Positions 53,065 to 63,271 of a DNA stretch of 64,000 nucleotides are shown piece after piece. The notes under the pieces were generated by a model. The model saw nothing but the letters and a program-made list of their open reading frames with translations, did no database searches and was not told the origin of the DNA. Positions within the stretch are counted from its first letter, which is position 1; each line of letters opens with the position of its first letter. The position numbers and the translations under genes are program-made. Origin of the DNA: Chitinophaga pinensis (GTDB lineage: Bacteria; Pseudomonadota; Gammaproteobacteria; Burkholderiales; Burkholderiaceae_C); NCBI GenBank assembly GCA_943370595.1, contig CALRRO020000007.1:38389-102388 (forward strand), in the 5' to 3' direction.

Positions 53065-54332
53065 TTCGGCGGAACGAGCGCCCGCATGCTCTGCCCCTGC
53101 GCGCTGGCCAGGTAGGCCTCCATCAGCAGCGTCGGGTCGTGCTTGAGCTTGTCCTTCCACTCGCCAAGCTTCACCTGGCCTTCGACCAGGCCGCGCATCA
53201 CGCCGACGTGCTCCGTCCAGCCGATGCTGTTGCAGCCGACCATCACGTCGTCCTTGAACTGCAGGCTCAGGTGCCGGCCGGCCGGCCGATCGGTGAGCTC
53301 GACGTGCTCGCCATCGGCCACGCCCTGCCAGTTGCCGAAACTGGTCGAGATCAGGCCCAGCGTGTCGAGCACGTTGATCTGGGTGACGCCCTTGAGCACG
53401 GCCTGGCGGCCGACCATGTTCATCGCGGCGATGTAGGCCTGGTCGGCGGCGTTCGGCTGGATGGCGCTGACGATGGTCTTGCCGCTGACGATGTCGAAGG
53501 CTTCGGCGCAGTCGCCCGCGGCGTAGACGTTCGGCACGGTGGTCTGCAGGTGCTCGTCGGTGAGCACGCCGACCAGGCACTTGATCGGCGAGTCCTTCAG
53601 GAAGCCGATGTTCGGCTTCACGCCGGTGGCGCTGATGACGAGGTCGACCTCGAGCGCCTGGCCGTTGGAGAGCTTCACCTTCATCGCGCCGCCCGCGGCC
53701 GCCTCGATCGCCTCGACCCGCGCGCCGGTGAAGACACGCACGCCCTTCTTCTCGCACCAGTCCTTGATCATGCCGCCGGCCGTCGGGCCCATCATGCGCG
53801 GCACCATGCGGTCGCCCATCTCGACGACCGTCAGCTCGACGCCGCGCGCCGCCAGCGCCTCCATGATGATGCAGCCGATGAAGCCGGCGCCCATCTGCAG
53901 GACGCGCGCGCCCTTGCCGGCGCGGGCCATGATCGCGCGCGCATCGGCCAGGGTCCAGCAGCTGTGCACGTTCGGCAGGTCCATGCCGGGGATCGGCGGG
54001 CGCACCGGGCTGGAGCCGGTGGCGATCAGCAGCCGGTCGTAGGGCAGCGAGGAGCCGTCTTCCAGATGCACCTGGTGGCGCCCGGTGTCGATGCCCTTGG
54101 CGCGGCCGCGCTTGAGCTCGATGCGCAGGCTGTCGAAGTGGCCGGCGCTGTGGCGCAGGTGCGTGCCCTCTTCCTGCACGTTGCCGATCAGCAGGTAGGG
54201 GATCGCCATGCGCGAGTACGGCGCCTCCGGCTCGTCGCCGACCAGCACGATGCGGTCGTTCGGGGCGTGCTTGCGGATCGTCTCCGCGGCGATCACGCCG
54301 GCCGGGCCGGCGCCGAGGATCACGTGGTTCAT
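53061..54332 (-). CDS. aorC: FAD-dependent NAD(P) oxidoreductase subunit of AOR
   Basis: GAGPAG, YSR, IATGS, GAGFIG, YAAGD; position in the operon. Confidence 0.85.
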   Translation of the reverse strand: MNHVILGAGPAGVIAAETIRKHAPNDRIVLVGDEPEAPYSRMAIPYLLIGNVQEEGTHLRHSAGHFDSLRIELKRGRAKGIDTGRHQVHLEDGSSLPYDRLLIATGSSPVRPPIPGMDLPNVHSCWTLADARAIMARAGKGARVLQMGAGFIGCIIMEALAARGVELTVVEMGDRMVPRMMGPTAGGMIKDWCEKKGVRVFTGARVEAIEAAAGGAMKVKLSNGQALEVDLVISATGVKPNIGFLKDSPIKCLVGVLTDEHLQTTVPNVYAAGDCAEAFDIVSGKTIVSAIQPNAADQAYIAAMNMVGRQAVLKGVTQINVLDTLGLISTSFGNWQGVADGEHVELTDRPAGRHLSLQFKDDVMVGCNSIGWTEHVGVMRGLVEGQVKLGEWKDKLKHDPTLLMEAYLASAQGQSMRALVPPK

Positions 54333-54347
54333 GTCTTGGCTTCCTTC

Positions 54348-54378
54348 AAAGAAAGAAGGCGGTCTTGCAACCGCCTTC
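54348..54378 (-). terminator. Intrinsic terminator-like hairpin between aorB and aorC
   Basis: Minus strand GAAGGCGGT-tgcaag-ACCGCCTTC followed by TTTCTTT. Confidence 0.75.
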
Positions 54379-54400
54379 GTTCGTCACGCGCGAATGTCGA

Positions 54401-56248
54401 TCACAGGCCGAGGCGGCTGCGCGTCTCCGGCTTGAGCTGGCCGTCGCTGTCCCAGCCGCGGGCGGCGTAGTACTTCGGCAGCATCTCGGGCAGCTTGTTG
54501 ACCAGGCCCTTGGCCGGGCCGGTCTTGGCCGGCTCGTTGAGCAGGCGCGGCGGCAGCGAGTCGTCCTTGGAGGTGAAGCCGGCGCGGTTGTTGAAGTCGC
54601 GCTCCATGTTCCAGATGCGCTCGCCGATCTTGGCCATGTTCTCCAGCGTGAACTCGGGCCCGCAGGCGGCGGCCACCTGCGGCGCCACGTCGGCCAGGCC
54701 CCAGGCGAAGCTGGTGAAGATGCAGATGCCGGCCGAGTCGAACGCGGCAGTGGCGTCCTGGAAGGCAATCACCAGCTCGGGCTTGCCCTCGGCGGTCAGC
54801 GGGTCGGTCTTGACCGGGATGCCCAGCACTTCCGAGGCCACGGTGTAGCTGCGCAGGTGGCAGGCGCCGCGGTTGCTGGTCGCGTAGGTCAGGCCCATGC
54901 CCTGGATCCCGCGCGAGTCGTAGGCCGGGAACTCCTGGCCCTTGACGCTCATGCTCAGCTCGGGGTGGCCGTACTTCTTGCACAGGCGCGCCGAGCCCTG
55001 GCCGATTTCCTTGCCGAAGCCTTCGCCCTTCGCGGTGATCTCGGCAAAGTGCGCCAGCGCCTGCGCGCTGCCGAACTTGGCGTCGATGCCGAGCTGCTCG
55101 GCCGTGAGCACACCCATCTCGTAGAGCTCCATCACCGCGCCGACGGTGGCGCCGAAGGAGATCGGATCGAAACCCTGCTCGTTGCACAGCAGGTTGGCGT
55201 ACTGCAGCGCCTCCAGGTCGTTGACGCCATTGGCCGCACCGAGTGCCCAGGCCGCCTCGTACTCCAGGCCGCCGGAGGCGCCCCAATACTGCGGCTTGTT
55301 CTGCACGGTGAAGTGGCCCTGGTCCATCTTGCTGATGCGGCCGCAGGCGATCGTGCAGCCGAAGCAGGCCTGGTTGGTCACCAGCTGCTTCTTGCCATCG
55401 GTCTTGCGCGGCGTGGCCATCGCTTCGGCGGAGATGTCCTTCGCGCCTTCGAAGGCGACGTCCTTGTGGTTGCGCGTGGGCAGCGCGCCGATCTCGTTGA
55501 TGACGTTCATCAGCACCTGGGTGCCGTAGGTCGGCAGGCCCTGGCCGGTGACGGCGTTGTCGGCGAGGATCTTCTTCTTCTCGAAGGTGACCTTCATGAA
55601 CTCCTTGGGGTCGGCGACGTTGCCCACGCCCTTGGTGCCGCGCACCGCGATGGCCTTCAGGTTCTTGCTGCCCATCACCGCGCCGACGCCGGAGCGGCCG
55701 GCCGCACGGTGCAGGTCGTTGACGACTGCGGCGTACAGCACCTGGTTCTCGCCAGCCAGGCCGATGCTCGACACACGCGCCAGCGGCTGCTGCAGCTGCT
55801 TCTTCAGCGTCTCTTCGGTCTCCCAGACGCTCTTGCCCCACAGGTGCGAGGCGTCGCGCAGCTCGGCGACGTCGTCCTCGATGTAGAGGAACACCGGCTT
55901 GGCCGACTTGCCTTCGAAGATGACCATGTCCCAGCCGGCCATCTTCAGCTCGGCGCCCCAGTAGCCACCGGAGTTCGAGCAGGCGATGGCCCCGGTCAGC
56001 GGGCCCTTGGTGACGACGGTGTAGCGGCCGCCGGTGGAGGCCATCGTGCCGGTCAGCGGGCCGGTGGCCCAGATCAGCTTGTTGGCCGGCGACAGCGGGT
56101 CGACCTTGGGGTCGACCTCTTCGACGATGTACTTGGTGGCCAGGCCGCGCGAGCCGAGGTAGGCGCGCGCCCAGTCCATGTTGGTGGGTTCCGACGTGAC
56201 GGTGCCGGCGGTGAGGTTGACGCGGAGGATCTTTCCAGCCCAGGACAT
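54401..56248 (-). CDS. aorB: Aldehyde:ferredoxin oxidoreductase catalytic subunit (tungstopterin family)
   Basis: GKILRVNL, SNSGG.WG..LK.AG.D, GRSG.GAVMGSKNLKAI, EYE, RGACH, D..G.C.F. Confidence 0.93.
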   Translation of the reverse strand: MSWAGKILRVNLTAGTVTSEPTNMDWARAYLGSRGLATKYIVEEVDPKVDPLSPANKLIWATGPLTGTMASTGGRYTVVTKGPLTGAIACSNSGGYWGAELKMAGWDMVIFEGKSAKPVFLYIEDDVAELRDASHLWGKSVWETEETLKKQLQQPLARVSSIGLAGENQVLYAAVVNDLHRAAGRSGVGAVMGSKNLKAIAVRGTKGVGNVADPKEFMKVTFEKKKILADNAVTGQGLPTYGTQVLMNVINEIGALPTRNHKDVAFEGAKDISAEAMATPRKTDGKKQLVTNQACFGCTIACGRISKMDQGHFTVQNKPQYWGASGGLEYEAAWALGAANGVNDLEALQYANLLCNEQGFDPISFGATVGAVMELYEMGVLTAEQLGIDAKFGSAQALAHFAEITAKGEGFGKEIGQGSARLCKKYGHPELSMSVKGQEFPAYDSRGIQGMGLTYATSNRGACHLRSYTVASEVLGIPVKTDPLTAEGKPELVIAFQDATAAFDSAGICIFTSFAWGLADVAPQVAAACGPEFTLENMAKIGERIWNMERDFNNRAGFTSKDDSLPPRLLNEPAKTGPAKGLVNKLPEMLPKYYAARGWDSDGQLKPETRSRLGL

Positions 56249-56261
56249 GTGTGTGCTCCTC

Positions 56262-56738
56262 TTACGCGGCAGAAGGTTGATTGCCCAGCTTGTCGGCCCA
56301 GGCCTGCATCTTGTTCAGGCCGGTCCAGTTGGCGTCGACGTAGGTGATGGCGCCGGTCGGGCAGGCGGTGGCACAGGCCGGGTCGCCGCCGCACAGGTCG
56401 CACTTCTGGACCTTGCCGGTTTCCTGCACGTAGTTGATCGTGCCGAACGGGCAGCTGATCGTGCAGACCTTGCAGCCCACGCAGGTGGTCTCGTTGACGA
56501 CCTTGGCGCCGGTCAGCTTGTCCAGCGTGATCGCCTCCACCGGGCAGGCGTGCAGGCACCAGGCCTCGTCGCACTGCGTGCAGGTGTAGGGCACCTTGCG
56601 GCCGGTGTGATGGAAGTCGAACACCTTGATGCGCGACTTCGCCGTGGCGTAGGTGCCGTAGTTCTCGAACGAACAGGCCATCTCGCACTGGAGGCACCCG
56701 GTGCACTTGTCCGGGTTGATGTGGAGCGTCTTCTGCAT
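56262..56738 (-). CDS. aorA: 4Fe-4S dicluster subunit of AOR
   Basis: CxxCxxCxxxC, CxxC...CxxxCP, CxxCxxCxxxCP, KCDLC...CxxxCP. Confidence 0.92.
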   Translation of the reverse strand: MQKTLHINPDKCTGCLQCEMACSFENYGTYATAKSRIKVFDFHHTGRKVPYTCTQCDEAWCLHACPVEAITLDKLTGAKVVNETTCVGCKVCTISCPFGTINYVQETGKVQKCDLCGGDPACATACPTGAITYVDANWTGLNKMQAWADKLGNQPSAA

Positions 56739-56770
56739 GAGCTTCCTCGGTGTTGGGGCGTCAGGCGCGT

Positions 56771-56792
56771 GCTATGCACGACCTTGCATAGC
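56771..56792. promoter_or_regulatory. Inverted repeat upstream of aorA
   Basis: GCTATGCA-cgacct-TGCATAGC. Confidence 0.5.
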
Positions 56793-56793
56793 T

Positions 56794-56809
56794 TGCTGAG
56801 GGCGAGCCA
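56794..56809 (-). promoter_or_regulatory. Weak sigma54 promoter candidate for aorA
   Basis: TGGCTCGCCCTCAGCA: correct GG-N10-GC spacing but poor -12 box. Confidence 0.35.
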
Positions 56810-56841
56810 GAGCCACCATCCGGGGGAAACCCTAGGATTTG

Positions 56842-56865
56842 CTCCAGCGCGTCACAGCGCTGGAG
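56842..56865. terminator. Hairpin downstream of the substrate-binding gene
   Basis: CTCCAGCGC-gtcaca-GCGCTGGAG; no clear U-tract. Confidence 0.4.
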
Positions 56866-56882
56866 GCTTCACGCGCAAAAGC

Positions 56883-57704
56883 TCAGACCGGGCGCCAGGC
56901 CAGGTTGGCGCGGGCGAAGATTTCTGCCAGGCGGCCGCTGGCGGCCAGTTGGTTGACCGCGGCCTGAAGCGCCTGCGCCAGCTCGGTGGCGTCCTTCTTC
57001 ACCGCCATGCCGACCGCCCAGCCGTCGCGCGGGGCGCGTGGCGAGGGCAGCGGCTCGATGGCGAAGCGCGCATCGCCGCGCAGCACCGCCTGCAGTTCGG
57101 ACAGCAGCCCGGCGGCCACCGGCACCTCGCCACGCTGGAGTGCCCGTGCGGCCTCGACGCCGTCCTTCGACTGCGTGCGCAGGGTGTTGCGCAGGGCGCC
57201 GCTCTCGGCCCCGATCAGCAACCAGCCGGCCAGCGACTGCCCGGGCACCGCCACCGGCTTGCCGGCCAGATCGGCCAGCGCCTCCAGCTTCGGCACCTGC
57301 TCCAGATGGCGCGCCACGGCGACCCGCTCGCGCCAGTACGGCGCGAACACGCTGACCTGCGGGTTGGCATCCATCAGCGGGCGGTCCACCGGCACGTGCA
57401 GCAGCACGTCGGCCGGGCCGTAGCCGAGGTAATGGCCCTTCCAGACCATGTTGCGCAGGTCGTCGTTCATGTTCTCGTCAGCCGGGAACGGCAGCGGCGA
57501 GAAGGCCACGCCCAGCGTCTCGGCCAGCGCTCGGCCGAGCTCGACATCGATGCCACCGCCGTCGGCATGGAAGGGCGGCATGTCCTTGTACAGGCCGACG
57601 ACGAGGCTGCCGCGGCTCTTCACCTTGGCCAGCGGCGTGGCCGACAGCAGCCCCGGAAGCGCAGCCAGAGCCGCCGCGCCCAGCACATGGCGGCGGCCGA
57701 TCAC
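56883..57704 (-). CDS. Periplasmic binding-protein fold, quinoprotein-associated (MxaJ/XoxJ-like)
   Basis: RR signal, GIDVEL, DDLRNMVWKGHY; coupled to the cytochrome c gene. Confidence 0.75.
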   Translation of the reverse strand: MIGRRHVLGAAALAALPGLLSATPLAKVKSRGSLVVGLYKDMPPFHADGGGIDVELGRALAETLGVAFSPLPFPADENMNDDLRNMVWKGHYLGYGPADVLLHVPVDRPLMDANPQVSVFAPYWRERVAVARHLEQVPKLEALADLAGKPVAVPGQSLAGWLLIGAESGALRNTLRTQSKDGVEAARALQRGEVPVAAGLLSELQAVLRGDARFAIEPLPSPRAPRDGWAVGMAVKKDATELAQALQAAVNQLAASGRLAEIFARANLAWRPV

Positions 57705-58180
57705 AGCGGCTTCTCGCGGCGGGTTTCGAGGTAGGCCTTGATCGACCAGACGGCTTCCTGGTTCATCATGCCCTCGAACGGCGGCATGTAGACCGCGCCG
57801 TTGCGCGTGCGGCCCTTGCGCACGGTGCTGGCGAAGTACTCGTCGATCTCCTTCACGCAGGCCGCCTTCTTCTTCTCGTCCTTCAGCGTCGCGCACTCGT
57901 TGTCGAGCTTGCGCAGGTCCGGCGCGATGCCGCCGGAGATCGCCTCCAGGCCGTGGCAGCGCGCGCAGTTCTGGTTGTAGGCGGAGGTGCCGACCTTCAC
58001 CGCCGCCTCGTTCTTGCGGAACGGGTTCTCCACGCGCCAGGCGTCGCCGAGCTTGGGCAGCGTGCTGGTGTCGACCGCCTGCGGCGTCACGTCGCCGTGC
58101 GCCCAGGCCGGCTGCCATGCGGCGCCCGCCAGCAGCGCGCCGACAAGAAGGAATCGATGACGGGAACGGTGGCTGACCAT
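57701..58180 (-). CDS. Cytochrome c550, PedF-like
   Basis: HGDVTPQAVDT, CARCH heme motif, APDLR, YMPPF. Confidence 0.88.
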   Translation of the reverse strand: MVSHRSRHRFLLVGALLAGAAWQPAWAHGDVTPQAVDTSTLPKLGDAWRVENPFRKNEAAVKVGTSAYNQNCARCHGLEAISGGIAPDLRKLDNECATLKDEKKKAACVKEIDEYFASTVRKGRTRNGAVYMPPFEGMMNQEAVWSIKAYLETRREKPL

Positions 58181-58223
58181 GCGGTTGTCTCCTGGAGGGT
58201 CGGTTTGGAATAAGCTCTGCGAC

Positions 58224-58239
58224 TGCAAACGCCATGCCA
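58224..58239 (-). promoter_or_regulatory. Sigma54 promoter of the cytochrome c operon
   Basis: Minus strand TGGCATGGCGTTTGCA. Confidence 0.85.
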
Positions 58240-58247
58240 CGAGCAGG

Positions 58248-58302
58248 TGTCTCAAAGCTGAACAGTCGGGCCCACGGAGTCCGTGCTGTCCCGCAGTGGA
58301 CA
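58248..58302. promoter_or_regulatory. Two candidate enhancer (UAS) palindromes
   Basis: TGTCTCAAAGCTGAACA (58248-58264) and TGTCC-cgcagt-GGACA (58287-58302). Confidence 0.55.
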
Positions 58303-58405
58303 AGCCCTACCAACTGCCGGACAGTCGCGCCCAGCGTGCGGTGAACCGCACGACGATGAAACGATGGAGACAGCCTGCGCCAGCGCGGGCAAGGCAGACG
58401 AAGTC

Positions 58406-60493
<2,088 letters not shown>

Positions 60494-60634
60494 GCGCGGC
60501 ACACACGCTGCGCAAGCGGCCTCGGGATATCCCTGTGCCAGCGCCCCACGCGGCTGCTCCCGGCTGGAACAATCCACTCGCCTCGGCCGCGCGTTTGCAC
60601 GGCGCTTGCCCGGCATGTGCCCGGTGCCGCACAG

Positions 60635-60650
60635 CGGCATGGCTCTTGCA
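60635..60650 (+). promoter_or_regulatory. Sigma54 promoter of the pqqB-like/TolQ-like operon
   Basis: CGGCATGGCTCTTGCA; palindromes TGTGC-N8-GCACA (60616-60633) and TGTGCCAGC...GCTGGAACA (60534-60571) upstream. Confidence 0.8.
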
Positions 60651-60684
60651 GCCTCGTGCAGAGCATGCACGCCTCGAGAACGCC

Positions 60685-61374
60685 ATGAAGATCCACGTGC
60701 TCGGCACAGGGGGCCGCGCAGATTGCCGTCAATGCACCGCCGGTGCAGCCGACGGCCGGGCGCTCCCGTCGCGGCTGGCCGGCGCCATCGCCGTGGCCGG
60801 CGAGGAACAGCGCTGGCTGCTGGTCAATGCGGCAGCGGAGATCGCACACCACTCGCACATCGAGCACGCGGCGCGGCACGGCCACATTGCCGGCATCGTG
60901 CTGCTCGACGCCCAGCTCGAACACGCCGCGAGCCTGGCCGAACTCAGCCGCCTCGGGCCGCTGAACCTCTATGCCACGCCGGCCGTGTTCGAGGAGCTGA
61001 CCAGCCGACTGCCGATGCTCGGCCTGCCCGAGGGCGGCAGTGCAATGCGCTGGCACCTGCTGCCGGTGGCCGGCGACGTGCGCAGCGCCGAGTTCCGCGT
61101 CGAGGGCATCGAGTCGCTGCGGTTCGTCGCCGTCGACGAAGAAGGCTCGGCCGCGCCCTACTCGCCCTGGCGCCGCGAGGCGGTGGTCGGCGAGAGCATC
61201 GCGCTGTTCGTCGAAGACCTCTGCGACGGCCAGCGCCTGGTCTGTTCGCCTCGTGCCCGCGGCGACGTGCGGCCGCGGGCAGAAGGCGCGGACTGCCTGC
61301 TCGTCGACGGCTCGGCCTGCCCGCTCGCGGCCGGCATCGAGGTCGCGTTCGACGGCATGGAGATCGGCCTGTGA
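60685..61374 (+). CDS. Degenerate, shortened PqqB-like protein
   Basis: MKIHVLG, WLLVNA, DAQLEH, LNLYAT.V.E.LT, AFDGMEI.L resemble PqqB; lacks GGGFPQWNC; 229 aa. Confidence 0.7.
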   Translation: MKIHVLGTGGRADCRQCTAGAADGRALPSRLAGAIAVAGEEQRWLLVNAAAEIAHHSHIEHAARHGHIAGIVLLDAQLEHAASLAELSRLGPLNLYATPAVFEELTSRLPMLGLPEGGSAMRWHLLPVAGDVRSAEFRVEGIESLRFVAVDEEGSAAPYSPWRREAVVGESIALFVEDLCDGQRLVCSPRARGDVRPRAEGADCLLVDGSACPLAAGIEVAFDGMEIGL

Positions 61375-62048
61375 TGCGCGCTGCCTCGCCACCGCGCCCC
61401 GGCGCGCCGGCGCTCGAGCCGATCTGGCTGGAGTGGTTCGCACTCGCCGGCATGCTTGCCTTCGCGACCTGGCTGCTCGGCGGCCGCGGCGTGTGGGCGC
61501 TGCTGCTGCACTCCGACCCGACCGGGCTGACGCTGGTGATCATCGTGATCTTCGTCGCCGCGACCCTCTGGTGCGGCGCGCGCGCCCGCGAACTGCAACA
61601 GCAGCGGCGCTGGCTGGAAGACGCGCGGGAGGCTCATGGCGGCACGGCCGCCACAGGCTGGGCGGCCGACTACTGGGCCGCGCTGCGCACCGCGCCGCGC
61701 GATGCCGGCGCGCCGCTGGACGTGCTGCTCGAGCGTTGCCACGGCCCGCACCACACCGCGTGGTGGGTCAATGGCATCCAGCTCAAGCTCGGCCTGCTGG
61801 GCAAGGTGATCGGCTTCTCGATCCTCGCCATCGAGATCGGCCAGATCCAGAACTTCGACGCCTCGCAGTCGCAGGAACTGCTGCGCAGCCTGACCACCGG
61901 CCTGGGCGTCGCGCTGCTGACGACGATGGTCGGCCTGGTCGGCAACATCCTGCTCGGCCTGCAGCTGACGCGGCTGGACCGCTATGCCGACGTGCTGGTG
62001 GCCGACGCGCAGCGGCACGGCATGACCCTCGCCACCGCGGAGCGCTGA
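61374..62048 (+). CDS. MotA/TolQ/ExbB proton-channel family protein
   Basis: LGLLGKVIG...GLGVALLTTMVGL; TGATG coupling to the upstream gene. Confidence 0.8.
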   Translation: MRAASPPRPGAPALEPIWLEWFALAGMLAFATWLLGGRGVWALLLHSDPTGLTLVIIVIFVAATLWCGARARELQQQRRWLEDAREAHGGTAATGWAADYWAALRTAPRDAGAPLDVLLERCHGPHHTAWWVNGIQLKLGLLGKVIGFSILAIEIGQIQNFDASQSQELLRSLTTGLGVALLTTMVGLVGNILLGLQLTRLDRYADVLVADAQRHGMTLATAER

Positions 62049-62051
62049 GCC

Positions 62052-62657
62052 GTGCGCAGGCGCCGCTTCTCCCGCGAAGCCGAGGTCGACCCGTTCTACG
62101 ACATGTTGTTCAACATGCTGATCGCGTTCGTCTTCTGCTTCATCATCGCGCTGCTGGCGATGAACCCGAAGGCGCTGAAGGCCGGCGACATCCCGTCCAA
62201 GGCCGAGTACATCGTCAACGTGTCGTGGCCGGACATGAACCCGAACGACATCGACACCTGGGTGCAGGACCCGGCGGCCAACCTGGTGTGGTTCCGCGCC
62301 CGCGAGGCCGGGCTGATGCACCTGGACCGCGACGACCGCGGCCTGGCCAACGACGTCATCGTGGTCAACGGCAAGCAGGTGGCCAACCCGCTGAACACCG
62401 AGGTGGTGACGATCCGCGGCATCGCACCGGGCGAGTACACCGTCAACGTCCACTACTACGAATCGACCAACGGCCAGCCGGTGGAGGTGACGGTCTCGGT
62501 CATCAAGGTGAACCCGCGCGCCGAGGTGGTCTTCTACGGCACCGTCGCGCTGGCCCGCAAGGGCGACGAGGCCACCGCCGCCCGCTTCACCGTGCTGCCC
62601 GACGGTTCGGTGACCAACGTCAACACCCTGCCCAGGACCCTGGTGCAACGCTTATGA
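62052..62657 (+). CDS. Single-TM protein with ExbD/MotB-like Asp helix and YfaP/DUF2135-like periplasmic domain
   Basis: DPFYDMLFNMLIAFVF TM; DIDTWVQDP, LDRDD.G, EVVTI...PGEY.VNVHYY. Confidence 0.65.
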   Translation: MRRRRFSREAEVDPFYDMLFNMLIAFVFCFIIALLAMNPKALKAGDIPSKAEYIVNVSWPDMNPNDIDTWVQDPAANLVWFRAREAGLMHLDRDDRGLANDVIVVNGKQVANPLNTEVVTIRGIAPGEYTVNVHYYESTNGQPVEVTVSVIKVNPRAEVVFYGTVALARKGDEATAARFTVLPDGSVTNVNTLPRTLVQRL

Positions 62658-62766
62658 GACAAACCGCTTCAGTACCGCGCGGCGGGCCGAGCGCCGGGCC
62701 GCTCCCAAGCCGGCCCGCTATCCCCCCGGGGGATCGACCGACGTATTCGTCGGGCGAGGGGCGCAC
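62658..62766. repeat. Palindrome-rich intergenic element
   Basis: gcgggcc...ggcccgc, atccccc-c-gggggat and ccgacg-tatt-cgtcgg packed into about 110 bp. Confidence 0.55.
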
Positions 62767-63261
62767 ATGACGACTGCCGTCGTGCTGAGTTTTGCTGCCC
62801 TCGTGCTGCTGTGCACGCTGGCCCTGCTGTGGTCGCGCTGGCCGGCGTGGCTGAAGGCCATGCTGGTGGTCGCCGTGACCGGCTTCTACTTCTATGCCGA
62901 CGGGCAGGTGCATGGACTGGCCGGCTGGCCCAGCCGCGACGCGCTGCCCGAACGCTTCGTGCTGCTGGCCGCCGTGATCGAGGAGCCAAGCTCGAAAGCC
63001 AAGGGCGCGCTGTACGTGTGGGTCCACGAGCTGAAGGACGGCAAGCCGTCGGCGCAGCCGCGTGCCTACCAGCTGCCCTATGCGAAGGACCTGCACGCAT
63101 TGCTCAACGAAGGCATGAAGAAGGTGCGCCAGGGCATCAGCCAGATGGGCACGGCCGAGCCGAAGGCCGGGCCCAAGGGCTTCTCGTGGCTGCGCCCGGG
63201 CAGCGACGAGCAGAACGTCAAGATCCGCGACCTGCCGGTGCCGCAGCTGCCGGAAAAGTGA
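62767..63261 (+). CDS. Hypothetical 2-TM membrane protein
   Basis: Two N-terminal TM helices, then GWPS...LP.RF.LLA...PRAY.LPY. Confidence 0.8.
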   Translation: MTTAVVLSFAALVLLCTLALLWSRWPAWLKAMLVVAVTGFYFYADGQVHGLAGWPSRDALPERFVLLAAVIEEPSSKAKGALYVWVHELKDGKPSAQPRAYQLPYAKDLHALLNEGMKKVRQGISQMGTAEPKAGPKGFSWLRPGSDEQNVKIRDLPVPQLPEK

Positions 63262-63271
63262 ACCCCGCGAC

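Noticed and set aside
56774-56789. Plus-strand sigma54 promoter (atgcacgaccttgca)
   Set aside because: Lacks the GG and has wrong spacing; no plus-strand gene follows
60685-61374. Functional pqq biosynthesis operon
   Set aside because: No pqqA/C/D/E adjacent, and key PqqB motifs are missing
61374-62657. Zorya ZorAB or flagellar MotAB
   Set aside because: No long ZorA tail, no OmpA-type domain, no ZorC/D/E or flagellar context
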